This document shows, piece by piece, positions 19,190-29,458 of a stretch of DNA of 64,000 bases. Location of the stretch: positions 576,001 through 640,000 of the forward strand of contig CBDDTI010000746.1 in assembly GCA_965233585.1 (NCBI GenBank). The letters are read 5' to 3'. Both the position numbers and the translations under genes were made by a program. Below the pieces are notes generated by a model that worked only from the letters and a program-made list of their open reading frames with translations, made no database searches and was not told where the DNA came from. This DNA is from a bacterium. Its GTDB lineage: Bacteria; SAR324; NAC60-12. Position 1 is the stretch's first letter; each line of letters starts with the position of its first letter.

Positions 19190-20146
19190 ATGATGAAGTT
19201 TTTAGACCTTAAAACAGACTATGCCTTTAAAATGCTGTTTGGAGATGAGAAGAACAAAAAGCTACTCATCAGCTTTCTTAACTCGCTCATTGACTTCCCT
19301 TATCAGCAGAAAATCCGAGATCTGACCATTCAAGACCCTTACAACCCGCCTTTGCTAGAAGGTATGAAAATCACCTTCGTTGATGTCAAAGCCAAACTTG
19401 ACACAGGTCAGCAAGTCTTGATTGAAATGCAGGTCGTCAACCACGAAGGTTTTGAAAAACGTATCCTTTACAATGCTTGTAAAAACTATTCTATGCAACT
19501 GGAGAAAGGGCAGGAGTTTCATCTGCTGAACCCTGTCATTGCTCTCAATATCCTTGATTTCATCATGTTTGAAGACAATGACCAAATCATCAATTCGTTT
19601 AAGTTGTTAGAGAAGAACAACTTAAGCCCGTATTCTGATGACATTGAGTTGATTTTTGTAGAACTCCCTAAATTTCAAAAATCTTTACATGAACTCAAAG
19701 AGCTGCAAGAAGAATGGATTTATTGCATCAAGCATGCAGAAGGGTTACAAGAAATTCCCCAAAACTTTGACCCCACCATTCAAGAAGCCTTGCATCTGGT
19801 CAATCAAGCAGGGTTGTCTCCTGAAGAATTAGAAGTCATCTATAAAAGACAGGAGTTTGTTGCCATCATCAAAGGTGCTGAACAACTGCAACTTAAACAA
19901 GGATTCCAAAAAGGAATGGAAAAAGGCATGGAAAGAGGTCTCCAGCAAGGCAAAGAAGAAGGTCTTCAACAAGGTATGGAAAAAGGACGGCAAGAAGGCA
20001 AAGAAGAAGGTCTTCAACAAGGTATGGAAAAAGGACGGCAAGAAGAGAAACTTGACATTGCCAAAAAGATGCTGGCTCAAGGCATTGACATTGACACCAT
20101 TTGCCTTGCTACTGGACTACCCAAACAACAAATTCAAAAACTCTAA
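19190..20146 (+). CDS. Rpn-family PD-(D/E)XK nuclease / putative transposase
   Basis: DLKTDYAFKMLFG, DVKA...IEMQV, IFVELPKF motifs; C-terminal G-x-E-x-G repeats and IAKKML...ICLATGL tail. Confidence 0.9.
   Translation: MMKFLDLKTDYAFKMLFGDEKNKKLLISFLNSLIDFPYQQKIRDLTIQDPYNPPLLEGMKITFVDVKAKLDTGQQVLIEMQVVNHEGFEKRILYNACKNYSMQLEKGQEFHLLNPVIALNILDFIMFEDNDQIINSFKLLEKNNLSPYSDDIELIFVELPKFQKSLHELKELQEEWIYCIKHAEGLQEIPQNFDPTIQEALHLVNQAGLSPEELEVIYKRQEFVAIIKGAEQLQLKQGFQKGMEKGMERGLQQGKEEGLQQGMEKGRQEGKEEGLQQGMEKGRQEEKLDIAKKMLAQGIDIDTICLATGLPKQQIQKL
19947..20045 (+). repeat. Perfect 48-bp tandem duplication (GKEEGLQQGMEKGRQE x2) in the Rpn C-terminus
   Basis: Direct sequence comparison. Confidence 0.9.
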
Positions 20147-20304
20147 TCTCTTGCCAATGAAAGATGAGCTTGAGAAAATTCTATGTCAGTGTAGGCTTTT
20201 TATGATCAATTAAGAAAGAACCAATCAAATCTTTTTGCATATTTTTTCGCGTCTGAAGAAAAATCAAAACCAGAATAGATCAAGTCATATTTTGACTAAT
20301 GACT

Positions 20305-20961
20305 TTACTCAAAATCTTCGGGTTCAAGTATGACTTCTACCCGTCTGTTGAGACTTCGTTTATAAGGAGTGTCATTGAAAAATCGTGGCTTCATATCACC
20401 ATAGCCTACAATTTTAATACGTTTTCCCTGTATCTTAAGAGTAGTGAGAAAATCTGCCACTGCGGAGGCACGCATCAGTGAAAAATCTACTTTGGAGGGA
20501 TACTCAGGAGTGGTGTCTGAGATGGTGTCGGTGTGTCCTTCTACCAAGATTGGGTTAGGCAACCCACCGATGATTGATGAGAGTAGTTGAAAGGAATCTT
20601 TAGCTTCTTGAGAAAGAACGATTGACCCAGATTCAAAAAGAGCGGTCTCTTTGAATGTGACCTCTACACCTTTTTCAGAAACATTGACCTCTACTTCATC
20701 AGGCATATCTAGCTCTTCAATGTCCTTTGCAATAGATTCCATCACGGATCGTTTTCCTTGAAACATGAAGGGACTACCGGGGGGAGAAGATTTAAAACTT
20801 TGTGAAATTTCTTTGATCTTTTCATCATCAATCCGACACATAGAAAATAACAAAATGAAAAAGCACAATAACAAAGTGACTAAATCACCGTAAGTAAAAA
20901 TCCATTCTTGGTCAAAGACTTCACAAACGGGACAGTCATCTTCGTTAATGAGTTGTCCCAT
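20305..20961 (-). CDS. motB: Flagellar stator B subunit (MotB/PomB)
   Basis: WIFTYGDLVTLLLCFFILLFSM TM helix with conserved Asp; OmpA-like domain (VEGHTD, NRRVEV). Confidence 0.9.
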   Translation of the reverse strand: MGQLINEDDCPVCEVFDQEWIFTYGDLVTLLLCFFILLFSMCRIDDEKIKEISQSFKSSPPGSPFMFQGKRSVMESIAKDIEELDMPDEVEVNVSEKGVEVTFKETALFESGSIVLSQEAKDSFQLLSSIIGGLPNPILVEGHTDTISDTTPEYPSKVDFSLMRASAVADFLTTLKIQGKRIKIVGYGDMKPRFFNDTPYKRSLNRRVEVILEPEDFE

Positions 20962-21783
20962 TTATTCGCCCCCAGATTTTTTCTCATTGTCAAACTTCAG
21001 TTGTTCATAAACTGCCTTTTGGCTGGTTGGCAAATAATTGACTAAATCTTGTTCAATGAAGTCAGGACGTTCACCTTGTTCAATGTAAAGAATCCCATCG
21101 CGAATCATCTCCCGTAGCACTTTTTGGTCATCTTTGCGACCACTTAATTTGTTCGCACATGGGGCAAACACCGTGTTGGCAAACAAAGAACCATACAAAG
21201 TAGTAATCAAGGCAACAGCCATGGCAGGACCAATTTTAGAGGGGTCATCTAAATTCTGTAACAAAATCACCAAACCGACCAACGTCCCTAGCATTCCCCA
21301 CGCGGGGCAAAGTGATCCCATAGTTTTAATGACAGCAATTTCACTTTCTGCGGCAACTTCTGCATACTTCATTTCATGTGAAAGCATTTCTACGATTAAG
21401 TTGCGGTCCACACGGTCTACGACCAGACGCAACCCCCCACGCAAAAAAAGATTTTCAATACTTGGCAACGCATCTTCTATGGCAAGAATGTTCTTACGGG
21501 CAATTTTAGAGACGTCAATGATCAATGTTAAGGTTTCTACAAGAGGCACCGTCTCTGCTTGAAATGAAGATTTGATGGATTTAGCAAAGGTAGAAAAGAC
21601 GTCCATCGGGTAACTTGCCATAGTAGAGGCAATCGTTCCACCAAGCACAATCATTAGTGATGGAATGTCAATAAACCAAGCGAGTGCATAAAATTGAAAA
21701 GAGAATGTTGAGAAGTTAAAGACGATGGCAAGTAAAAAGAGGAAGTAAGCCAGTCCGTATCCTGCCAGAGTTGCGATGTCCAT
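20962..21783 (-). CDS. motA: Flagellar stator A subunit (MotA/PomA)
   Basis: PSLMIVLGGT, PAWGMLGTLVGL and GPAMAVALITTLYG motifs. Confidence 0.92.
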   Translation of the reverse strand: MDIATLAGYGLAYFLFLLAIVFNFSTFSFQFYALAWFIDIPSLMIVLGGTIASTMASYPMDVFSTFAKSIKSSFQAETVPLVETLTLIIDVSKIARKNILAIEDALPSIENLFLRGGLRLVVDRVDRNLIVEMLSHEMKYAEVAAESEIAVIKTMGSLCPAWGMLGTLVGLVILLQNLDDPSKIGPAMAVALITTLYGSLFANTVFAPCANKLSGRKDDQKVLREMIRDGILYIEQGERPDFIEQDLVNYLPTSQKAVYEQLKFDNEKKSGGE

Positions 21784-21805
21784 AAAAATTGAAGTTCAAA
21801 ATAAG

Positions 21806-22579
21806 TTAATCAGGTAGAGCAAATAAACGTTTGGCGTTTGCAGTCGTTTGATTTGCAAGGGTGTCCAAAGAAATATCATGCAGGTTTGCCACAAACTCTG
21901 CAATATGGGGAAGGTAAGCAGGAGCATTGGGCTTTCCACGATAAGGCACAGGGGCTAAATAGGGTGCATCAGTCTCAAGCAATAGATGTTCCAGTGGAAT
22001 TTGCGAGACCATCTCTTGCACACTTTTGGCGTTTTTAAAAGTAACAATGCCATTGACGCCAATAAACCAGCCCATTTCTACAAGTTGCATTGCCATCTCT
22101 AAACTGCCTGTAAACGAGTGTGCAACGCCTTTTTTTAAGGCAACATGCCTTTGTAAAATCTCTAGGGTATCATCTTCAGCATCACGAGAATGCAAGACAA
22201 CAGGAAGTTTGAGTTCATTGGCAAGTTTGATTTGGTTTTGGAAGGCTTCTTTTTGGCTTTCTTGGTCAGAGTGCATGTAGTGATAATCCAAACCAATCTC
22301 TCCAACAGCAATCACTTTTGAAGACTGCTTGGCAAGCAACTTAATTTGATTTTCTATTTCTTCACAATACTCTTGTGCATGATGGGGGTGAATCCCTAAC
22401 GTGCCGTAAACGTTTGGCAGTTTTTGAGTCAAATTGCAAACTTGGGTGAGAGATTCAGGATTTGTCCCAATCGTGATGCAACGATTGACGTTCATGTCTT
22501 GGGCGTCGTCAAGAACTTGTTGAGCAGGAATCTGGAGCATCTCTAAGTGGCAATGTGTATCAATCAAATCAATTGCCAT
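21806..22579 (-). CDS. TatD-family hydrolase/DNase
   Basis: IDTHCHL, GIHPH, VGEIGLDY, HSRDA and ETDAPYL motifs. Confidence 0.93.
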   Translation of the reverse strand: MAIDLIDTHCHLEMLQIPAQQVLDDAQDMNVNRCITIGTNPESLTQVCNLTQKLPNVYGTLGIHPHHAQEYCEEIENQIKLLAKQSSKVIAVGEIGLDYHYMHSDQESQKEAFQNQIKLANELKLPVVLHSRDAEDDTLEILQRHVALKKGVAHSFTGSLEMAMQLVEMGWFIGVNGIVTFKNAKSVQEMVSQIPLEHLLLETDAPYLAPVPYRGKPNAPAYLPHIAEFVANLHDISLDTLANQTTANAKRLFALPD

Positions 22580-22658
22580 ACGTCATGCTGTCTTGCTTGG
22601 TGTTGAAAATTGCATGGATTGCCAATAGAATGTCATCAAATCCGTTACGATACTGCAA

Positions 22659-22973
22659 ATGAGACTTTTTTTCAAACTTCTTTTATTGGTCTGCCTCTTT
22701 TCTGTGGGGGCTTGCTACCGCATCACTGCCTTTACTGATACAAGGTCTGTCAAAGTAGAACCTGATGCACAAATCACGCATCTCAGTTCTGTCTTTGCCA
22801 TGATTGAGCTGGACCAAGCCCAGTCTATTCGTTCTTTTTGTCCAAGTGGTGTCTCTAAATTACAGATGCAACAAACTTGGCATGATGCACTCTTTCATTA
22901 TATAACTTTGGGCAATTACAGCGTGCAAACGACTTACATCTGGTGCAAACGTAGGAGACTGACAGAAGACTAA
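22659..22973 (+). CDS. Bor/Iss-like small lipoprotein
   Basis: Lipobox VGA-C; FCPSGV and ITLGNYS...IWC pattern. Confidence 0.6.
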   Translation: MRLFFKLLLLVCLFSVGACYRITAFTDTRSVKVEPDAQITHLSSVFAMIELDQAQSIRSFCPSGVSKLQMQQTWHDALFHYITLGNYSVQTTYIWCKRRRLTED

Positions 22974-23509
22974 AAAGGAGATTGAAGATCACGAAGTTTA
23001 GGCAGGCGTTGATCTTTTTCAGAGAGAACGGGATTTTGAATAGGCCAGGGGATTGCAATGTCTTCATCATTCCATATCACACCGCCCTCTCCTTCAGGTT
23101 TGTAAAACTCATCTGCCTTGTAAAGCACTTCTGCCACATCGCTTAAAACGCAATAACCATGAGCAACGCCAGCAGGTGCAAACAGCATACATTGATTTTC
23201 TGCAGTCAGAGTGATGCCAAAATGCTTGCCGAAAGTAGCAGAATCTTTCCTCAAATCTACCACCACATCATAAATACTGCCAACCACTGCTCGCACTAAT
23301 TTTGCTTGAGGTTCTTTTTGGAAGTGCAACCCCCGCAGGACGCCTTTTTGTTCAGAACGTGCATGATTGTCCTGCACAAAATGGCAAGTGATTCCATGCT
23401 TTTCAAAATCTCGCAATGAGTAGGATTCCATGAAAAATCCACGTTCATCACGAAACACACGAGGTTTGATGACATAAACATCTTGAATTTCCGTTTTTCT
23501 CACTTCCAT
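22970..23509 (-). CDS. rmlC: dTDP-4-dehydrorhamnose 3,5-epimerase
   Basis: DERGFFMESY, GVLRGLHFQ, QAKLV and DVVVDLR motifs. Confidence 0.95.
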   Translation of the reverse strand: MEVRKTEIQDVYVIKPRVFRDERGFFMESYSLRDFEKHGITCHFVQDNHARSEQKGVLRGLHFQKEPQAKLVRAVVGSIYDVVVDLRKDSATFGKHFGITLTAENQCMLFAPAGVAHGYCVLSDVAEVLYKADEFYKPEGEGGVIWNDEDIAIPWPIQNPVLSEKDQRLPKLRDLQSPF

Positions 23510-23586
23510 TGGTTACTCTAATTAGTGGTGTTCTTTTGCATGACAAAATTGGCTAAAATACCTGACATGAATTGCAGATTTTCTAG

Positions 23587-24591
23587 TTAAAGTGCATTTG
23601 TTGCAGAGAGACGAAAGGCGTGAAAGTTATTGAAATTGACCCGCCAATGAATGACTTCATCAATCGTTTGAAGATAGTTTTGATAATGCAAACCTTCTGT
23701 CTCTTTGTATTTTCCAACAAAACTTGGATCAAAATTTTCTCTGTCATCAATTCCAAAAAGCCTTGCTGTTGCCGTTTTTTCAGAAAGCTCAAGTAAGATA
23801 TTTTTTGAAGGCAGGTCAGAAGAAAGCAAAAAAGTTCCCCAAATCACAAGAATCATCTCAGGACTGAGAAAAAGAGGAAAGATGCCAATTTCACGTTCAA
23901 CTGCCCACAAAGGAGGTTCTTCAATTAAAACACGTTCGTTATCTGCAAAGGGGGTCAAAATTTCTTGAAAAATCCATCTTCCTTGTTCTGTCTTTGTCCA
24001 TGACTGATGAGCAAAGTCTGTCAAATCCAAACCTTGTACCAACTGACCAAACTGTTCAAGTTGCTGTACTAGTTTTTCCACCAAATAGACATGACCGCAT
24101 TGTTCCGCTCCCTCTACACAAACAATCAAGGCTTGTTGAGGAGCTGCTTCCTTCTGTTCAATGAAATCTTGTGCGATTTGCCTTATTGCCAATTCACTAG
24201 GATCAAATAAAGCAACCATATCCTTCAATGTTTCACAATGGATTGCAAAATTTGAGGAGGAAGGTGTTGCAAAATGGACGAAAAGAACTTGCTTTTGAAC
24301 ACATTCTTTTTGGAGGGTTTCAGAATCTGTTACCCAGACAGTGTCTTGGCATTGGTTATTCAAATAGTTCAACTTCTCTTCTTGACTGCCAGACAAGACG
24401 ACGCAACAGTCTTGCCAATGACCCCATGTTGCTAAATCAGGAGTCATCAAAACAATCTGATAATCTCTTTCCAGCAAAATCTTTAAAACAGGCTCAAACT
24501 CTTCCGTAAATTGCACCAAACTTGCATTGTCTATTACTATTTTTTGAATAGTTTGTAAGTGTTGCATCTCCATCAAACAATTCTCTGACAA
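23587..24591 (-). CDS. Hypothetical protein, possibly a degenerate nucleoside-kinase-like P-loop fold in the C-terminal half
   Basis: 334-aa ORF; IVCVEGAEQCGHVYL resembles a Walker A lacking Lys. Confidence 0.55.
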   Translation of the reverse strand: MSENCLMEMQHLQTIQKIVIDNASLVQFTEEFEPVLKILLERDYQIVLMTPDLATWGHWQDCCVVLSGSQEEKLNYLNNQCQDTVWVTDSETLQKECVQKQVLFVHFATPSSSNFAIHCETLKDMVALFDPSELAIRQIAQDFIEQKEAAPQQALIVCVEGAEQCGHVYLVEKLVQQLEQFGQLVQGLDLTDFAHQSWTKTEQGRWIFQEILTPFADNERVLIEEPPLWAVEREIGIFPLFLSPEMILVIWGTFLLSSDLPSKNILLELSEKTATARLFGIDDRENFDPSFVGKYKETEGLHYQNYLQTIDEVIHWRVNFNNFHAFRLSATNAL

Positions 24592-25112
24592 GACATGACC
24601 TTTTTTAACCTTGTTTTTGACTTAAAATTCCCATCATTTGCAAGATTCCACAACAAGAATGCAATGAAATGAAGACTAAAAATAAGCCCAGTGACCACAA
24701 TATCAAATCAAACATAGCAAAAATTATTTCATGTTATCACACATTTTGCACATCAAAAAATCCCAACTTCTTTCATATTTCCAATTTCCTCTTTCCATTC
24801 TTTTTTGATTGGTATTAAAATAAGCAACGTCTTTCGCAAGGTTTGAAAATTGATTATTTTTTAAAATGATGATTTCAGCATCTCAAAAAACTTTAACTAT
24901 TAAACTTAAAATATTGAGTTTTTTCTGTCTCATTTGACTGGGCTACAAGAATGTCTCAATTCATAGTATTTTCCCAAAAACATCATCTGTGAGTTGTTGA
25001 ACTTAACAAGATTTGAGAGGGAACTGTGTCATCAAATTTCATACAGCAATCTAAGCGTAAGTGATTCATTTTCATCATCTTTTTAAAAAAATTTAAAAAT
25101 TAAAAAAAGGAG

Positions 25113-25140
25113 TTGACTTTCAAAAAAAATGTATTATAAT
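25113..25140 (+). promoter_or_regulatory. Near-consensus sigma70 promoter with an A8 tract in the spacer
   Basis: TTGACT-16 nt-TATAAT. Confidence 0.7.
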
Positions 25141-25181
25141 GACTTTTTAAAATTTTCTATTTTTAACTTTATTTGCAATTT

Positions 25182-26474
25182 ATGAAAAAAATATTAACTA
25201 TTCTAATGGCTTGCACAGGTTTTTATTCCGTTTCTTTGGCGCAGTTGATCATTGAGAGACCAGAAGTTGAAGAACTTGAGCTTTCTTACTTCATCTATCC
25301 AATCGCTTACACAGTGCCAGGAGTTGGGACAGGAACAGGGGTGGGGGCAAGTTTGCTTTATGGGGATTTTAACTTCACTGTCGCACAGATTCGCGGGACG
25401 TGGGATTTTGACTCCATTCTCCTGAAAGACATACCATTGTTTTTCACGCAACAAGTCACACTTTCATTTGCTTGGGCTCACTTACGCAACGGAAAATTTA
25501 CCCTTTATGATAGGGGCATTGATTCTGCTGAGGAGCCTTTGCTAGATGTAGAACTGGAAGATTCAAGGGCAACAGGGCTGGAGCTTTCATTTTATTTTCT
25601 GCAAAGGCAGGTGCAACTCTATACAGGGTATTCCGTCAATGTGATTAAGATTAAAGAATTTCACGAGAGAGAGGTTGATGACTTTGAAACAACATATTTA
25701 CAGCAAGCAAATATTTTAAAAATTAATGACGTTTATAAACCTGTCATTGTTCGGTATGGTTTGCGTTGGGACAATACAGATGACCCCATTGACAGAAGAG
25801 AAGGGTTTGACCTTCGTTACGAACAGTATAGTTCTCTGTTTGATTTTATAATGACCTTTAAAATTCATGACTATTCACTCTCATATTACTTGCCTTTTGA
25901 AGGCAAAAGGTCTGTCTTAGCCACCAATTTATTTTATTCTCGTTCTGAATCATCAACCAAAGGAGATTTTCTGTTTACCCGAAGCCAAGAAGGAGATAGA
26001 AATGAATGTGTCTTGAAAGTCTTAGCAGGAGAAGAAGACAATTATGATTCATCAGTGTTGACTCCAGAGGAGTTTTGCTCAATTCCAGACGCGGGGATTG
26101 ACCATTATTTAAGATTTGAAAGGCAGAACCCTGTTGGGGCAACAACACTGGGGGGAAGTAGCCGTTTAAGGAGTTACCCTGTCTCAAGGTTTTGGGATAC
26201 CCACTCTGCATACTTCGGGGTAGAGTACCGTTGGTATTTTGCAGAAAATGCGTTTGACTTCAACTGGATTATTGAAAGGGGTTTGTTTAAAGCGATGCAA
26301 CTTGCAATTTTTTGGGACACTGGAAGTGTCTCGCCTGATGGTAACTTTGACAAATTTAAAGACTCTGTTGGGGTTGGGTATCGTATCGTTTTAGGAGGAG
26401 TGATCCTTCGTATGGATTACGCAACAGGTTCTGAGGGAGACCAGTTTATTGCTTTTTTTGGGCATCCATTTTAA
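25182..26474 (+). CDS. Outer-membrane beta-barrel, Omp85/surface-antigen-like, no obvious POTRA domains
   Basis: Signal peptide; LGGSSRLRSY (resembles the VRGF/Y loop), GVEYRW, FWDTG and SVGVGYR motifs; C-terminal Phe. Confidence 0.7.
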   Translation: MKKILTILMACTGFYSVSLAQLIIERPEVEELELSYFIYPIAYTVPGVGTGTGVGASLLYGDFNFTVAQIRGTWDFDSILLKDIPLFFTQQVTLSFAWAHLRNGKFTLYDRGIDSAEEPLLDVELEDSRATGLELSFYFLQRQVQLYTGYSVNVIKIKEFHEREVDDFETTYLQQANILKINDVYKPVIVRYGLRWDNTDDPIDRREGFDLRYEQYSSLFDFIMTFKIHDYSLSYYLPFEGKRSVLATNLFYSRSESSTKGDFLFTRSQEGDRNECVLKVLAGEEDNYDSSVLTPEEFCSIPDAGIDHYLRFERQNPVGATTLGGSSRLRSYPVSRFWDTHSAYFGVEYRWYFAENAFDFNWIIERGLFKAMQLAIFWDTGSVSPDGNFDKFKDSVGVGYRIVLGGVILRMDYATGSEGDQFIAFFGHPF

Positions 26475-26504
26475 TTAATTTTATTTATTTTAAGAGGTTC
26501 GTTT

Positions 26505-27536
26505 ATGTTACTTTTGAATCATCACACCCGAATTTGGATTTTGTTGGTTGTCTCTTTTCTTGCTTCATCATGTGGTTTCCCAGACCTGGGCGGAGAAACA
26601 AGTCAAGTTCCAAGAGACAAAGAGTTTGTTCAAGGGAATCGTTACAGAGATTTTACGCTTGCCAACCCACTGCAAAATGCAGGGTTTACAGGGATTATTC
26701 GTTTTGATGTTCCTGTAACAGTGAGCAAGCCTGAAAGTTTTCTAAGTGTTCAAAATGCAACACTGTTTTCCCCCAGAAGTTCTGCAGCTGGGTCAGATGC
26801 AGACGCTGAAAATGCCCAAATCATCATTCCTATTAGAAACACTAGCGACAGAGGGTACTGCAACATTCTTGCGTTTAATGTCAAATCCAGTTACCGCAAA
26901 CCGAAAGAAAATAATATTTTGCCTGTACAAGGCAGTTACGGCTTTCATTTCTCCTATTCCAACTCTTGCTTAGCAGCAGGTGAAACGGGTTATATTCTTG
27001 CAGAAACCGTGGTGGGTGGTGGGAATACAACGGGAGTCACCCTTTCTATTGAATCATTCTCATATAGCAAAGAGATCTTTTATCAACCTGACTCGCTTGT
27101 TGTACCAACAAAAATTACTGCCCCTGTGAACCCTGGAAATGAATTGACAGGTTTGGAGATCACTTTAGGCTACAAACTGGTTTCAGGAGATATAGAAAGA
27201 GAACTCTTCATTTTGTCTGATTCTAAGTTTTTTGAAAAAAACATTTCTAATTCTGAGAAGACCATCGGTAAACCCACACCTGTTGCTATCTTCTTTGATA
27301 CCAACAACAGACCCATTTTTTACACCGCATTTTTTGCTGACGGTGATGATGAAGACAAAACACATCTTGTCATGGAAAATGGAGACTCTAAAACTTTGAA
27401 AATGCCCTCCCAGTCCAAAGTTCCTCTGCGCAACACCAATCAAACTGTCAATAGAGTCCGTGTGTATAGTGCCTTTAGTATTGGGGACACCACAAAAGGG
27501 CTTCTTGAAGCCCAAGAACAAGAGAATGCACAATGA
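26505..27536 (+). CDS. Hypothetical lipoprotein
   Basis: Lipobox LASS-C; beta-rich sequence; GAGG RBS. Confidence 0.7.
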   Translation: MLLLNHHTRIWILLVVSFLASSCGFPDLGGETSQVPRDKEFVQGNRYRDFTLANPLQNAGFTGIIRFDVPVTVSKPESFLSVQNATLFSPRSSAAGSDADAENAQIIIPIRNTSDRGYCNILAFNVKSSYRKPKENNILPVQGSYGFHFSYSNSCLAAGETGYILAETVVGGGNTTGVTLSIESFSYSKEIFYQPDSLVVPTKITAPVNPGNELTGLEITLGYKLVSGDIERELFILSDSKFFEKNISNSEKTIGKPTPVAIFFDTNNRPIFYTAFFADGDDEDKTHLVMENGDSKTLKMPSQSKVPLRNTNQTVNRVRVYSAFSIGDTTKGLLEAQEQENAQ

Positions 27537-27602
27537 TAAACCTTGTTACTTTTAAAAGGACGGGTTACAATGTGGAGTTTTGCCTTTTGAAAGTTTCAAA
27601 GT

Positions 27603-28835
27603 ATGAAATTAGATGTAGAGAAAAGGGAGGGTCTTCATAGATTGCTCACTGTTCATATCCCCGCCCAAGAGATGGCTCAAACTTACAACAATGCGTGGCA
27701 AGCCGCACGTTCTACAAAATTACGAGGGTTTAGACAGGGGAAGTTCCCCAAAGGTTTTTTAGAAAAGCAATTTAGGGGGCGTGTAGAGTCAGAACTCTAC
27801 AACCAGCTCATTCCCAAAATCCTACAAGAATCAGAAAAACAATATCACCTGAACCGAGTCACTCAAGCTCAGATTGAAGAGCTACAATTTGACAGAAAAC
27901 AGCCACTTGAATGTAAAATGACTTTTGAGGTTAGACCAGAGTTTCCTGACTTAGACTTGACACAAATTGAAGTAGAAACTCCATCTATTGAAGTTTCAGA
28001 AGATGAAAAAAAGGAGCAACTTGAGTCTATCCTACAAGAATTTGGAAGTTACCAAGACAAAAAAGAAGCTATTGGATTGGGTGATTTTGTGACACTGGAT
28101 TGGACTAGAAAAGAAGATGATGAGGTGGATGTTCAGGAGGATCAGTTTATCAAAGTCGGCTCATCTCTTCCTGAAGAGATACGTAAGAATTTGATTGGTA
28201 TGAAAGAAAATGAACAAAAAGAGTTTGCATTCAAACAAGGAGAGTCAAACGTTGACCTAAGTTTGACCGTTAAAAAGGTTCAGTTTCTGGAACTGCCTGA
28301 ATTGACCGAAGACATCTTGGCAAAATTGAATGTCAAAAATGCTGAGGAATTAGAACAATCTGTGCAACAAAAGATTTATCAAGACAAGGAAAGAGAGGCG
28401 AGGAAGTCCGCTTACCAAACTTTGCGAGAGAGACTTGGAGAGATTTACAAAGAAACCGCTATCCCAGAAACTCCTGTTAAGCAACACAAAGAAAGCCTTC
28501 AAAGAGAGAACACCCCAGCAAATGCTGCTCAGGATATAGAAAAAGAGTTAGACAAGTTTCAGCAGTCGTTACGTGTGAAATATGCACTTGAAGACTTGTT
28601 TGAGAAACAAAAACTGGCTCTGCATCAAGAACGTTGCGAACAACTATTTGTCAACCTTTGTTATATGTACGGGCAGCAACCTGATGAATTTATCAAAACA
28701 GAAAGGGGTCTTTCAACTTATTTCAGTATTCAAAACTCTGTTAGAGAGGAAGTGGCACTTGATTTCATCTTAGACCAAAAGTGGGATTCTGCCTTTCATA
28801 CGGCCTCCTTTGCCAAAACTGCTCAAGACATTTAA
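27603..28835 (+). CDS. tig: Trigger factor
   Basis: GFRQGKFP ribosome-binding motif; upstream of clpP-clpX. Confidence 0.88.
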   Translation: MKLDVEKREGLHRLLTVHIPAQEMAQTYNNAWQAARSTKLRGFRQGKFPKGFLEKQFRGRVESELYNQLIPKILQESEKQYHLNRVTQAQIEELQFDRKQPLECKMTFEVRPEFPDLDLTQIEVETPSIEVSEDEKKEQLESILQEFGSYQDKKEAIGLGDFVTLDWTRKEDDEVDVQEDQFIKVGSSLPEEIRKNLIGMKENEQKEFAFKQGESNVDLSLTVKKVQFLELPELTEDILAKLNVKNAEELEQSVQQKIYQDKEREARKSAYQTLRERLGEIYKETAIPETPVKQHKESLQRENTPANAAQDIEKELDKFQQSLRVKYALEDLFEKQKLALHQERCEQLFVNLCYMYGQQPDEFIKTERGLSTYFSIQNSVREEVALDFILDQKWDSAFHTASFAKTAQDI

Positions 28836-28860
28836 CATTCAATACTTCATTCTTTAGACT

Positions 28861-29448
28861 ATGCCTTTAATTCCAATAGTCATTGAGCAAACTGGTCGTG
28901 GCGAACGTTCCTTTGACATCTACTCCAGACTCCTCAAAGATCGCATCATTTTTCTCGGCACTCCCATTGATGACCACACTGCCAATCTTGTCATTGCACA
29001 GTTGTTATTTTTACAATCAGAAGACAGCGAAATGGACATTTCCATTTATATCAACTGTCCCGGCGGTTCAGTGAGTGCAGGCATGGCGATCTATGACACC
29101 ATGCAATATGTCTCCCCTGACGTCAAAACAATCTGTATAGGTCAAGCGGCAAGTATGGGAGCTGTGTTATTGGCAGCAGGAAGTCCAAACAAGCGATATT
29201 CACTTCCTCATGCAAGAATCTTGTTGCACCAAGTGGTGGGACAATTTGGGGGACAAGCCTCTGACATTGACATTCAGGCACAAGAAATCCTTCGTGTCAA
29301 AAATGTGTTGAATGCAATCCTTGCTAAACACACGGGGAAGTCCACAGAACAAATAGACATTGACACACAGCGAGATTACTACTTTTCTGCAGAAGAAAGT
29401 CAAGAGTACGGAATTATTGACGAAATTTATCAAACCATGCCTTCCTAA
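28861..29448 (+). CDS. clpP: ATP-dependent Clp protease proteolytic subunit
   Basis: [19 protein letters not shown]; catalytic AASMG and HQ residues. Confidence 0.97.
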   Translation: MPLIPIVIEQTGRGERSFDIYSRLLKDRIIFLGTPIDDHTANLVIAQLLFLQSEDSEMDISIYINCPGGSVSAGMAIYDTMQYVSPDVKTICIGQAASMGAVLLAAGSPNKRYSLPHARILLHQVVGQFGGQASDIDIQAQEILRVKNVLNAILAKHTGKSTEQIDIDTQRDYYFSAEESQEYGIIDEIYQTMPS

Positions 29449-29458
29449 AATAGATGTT

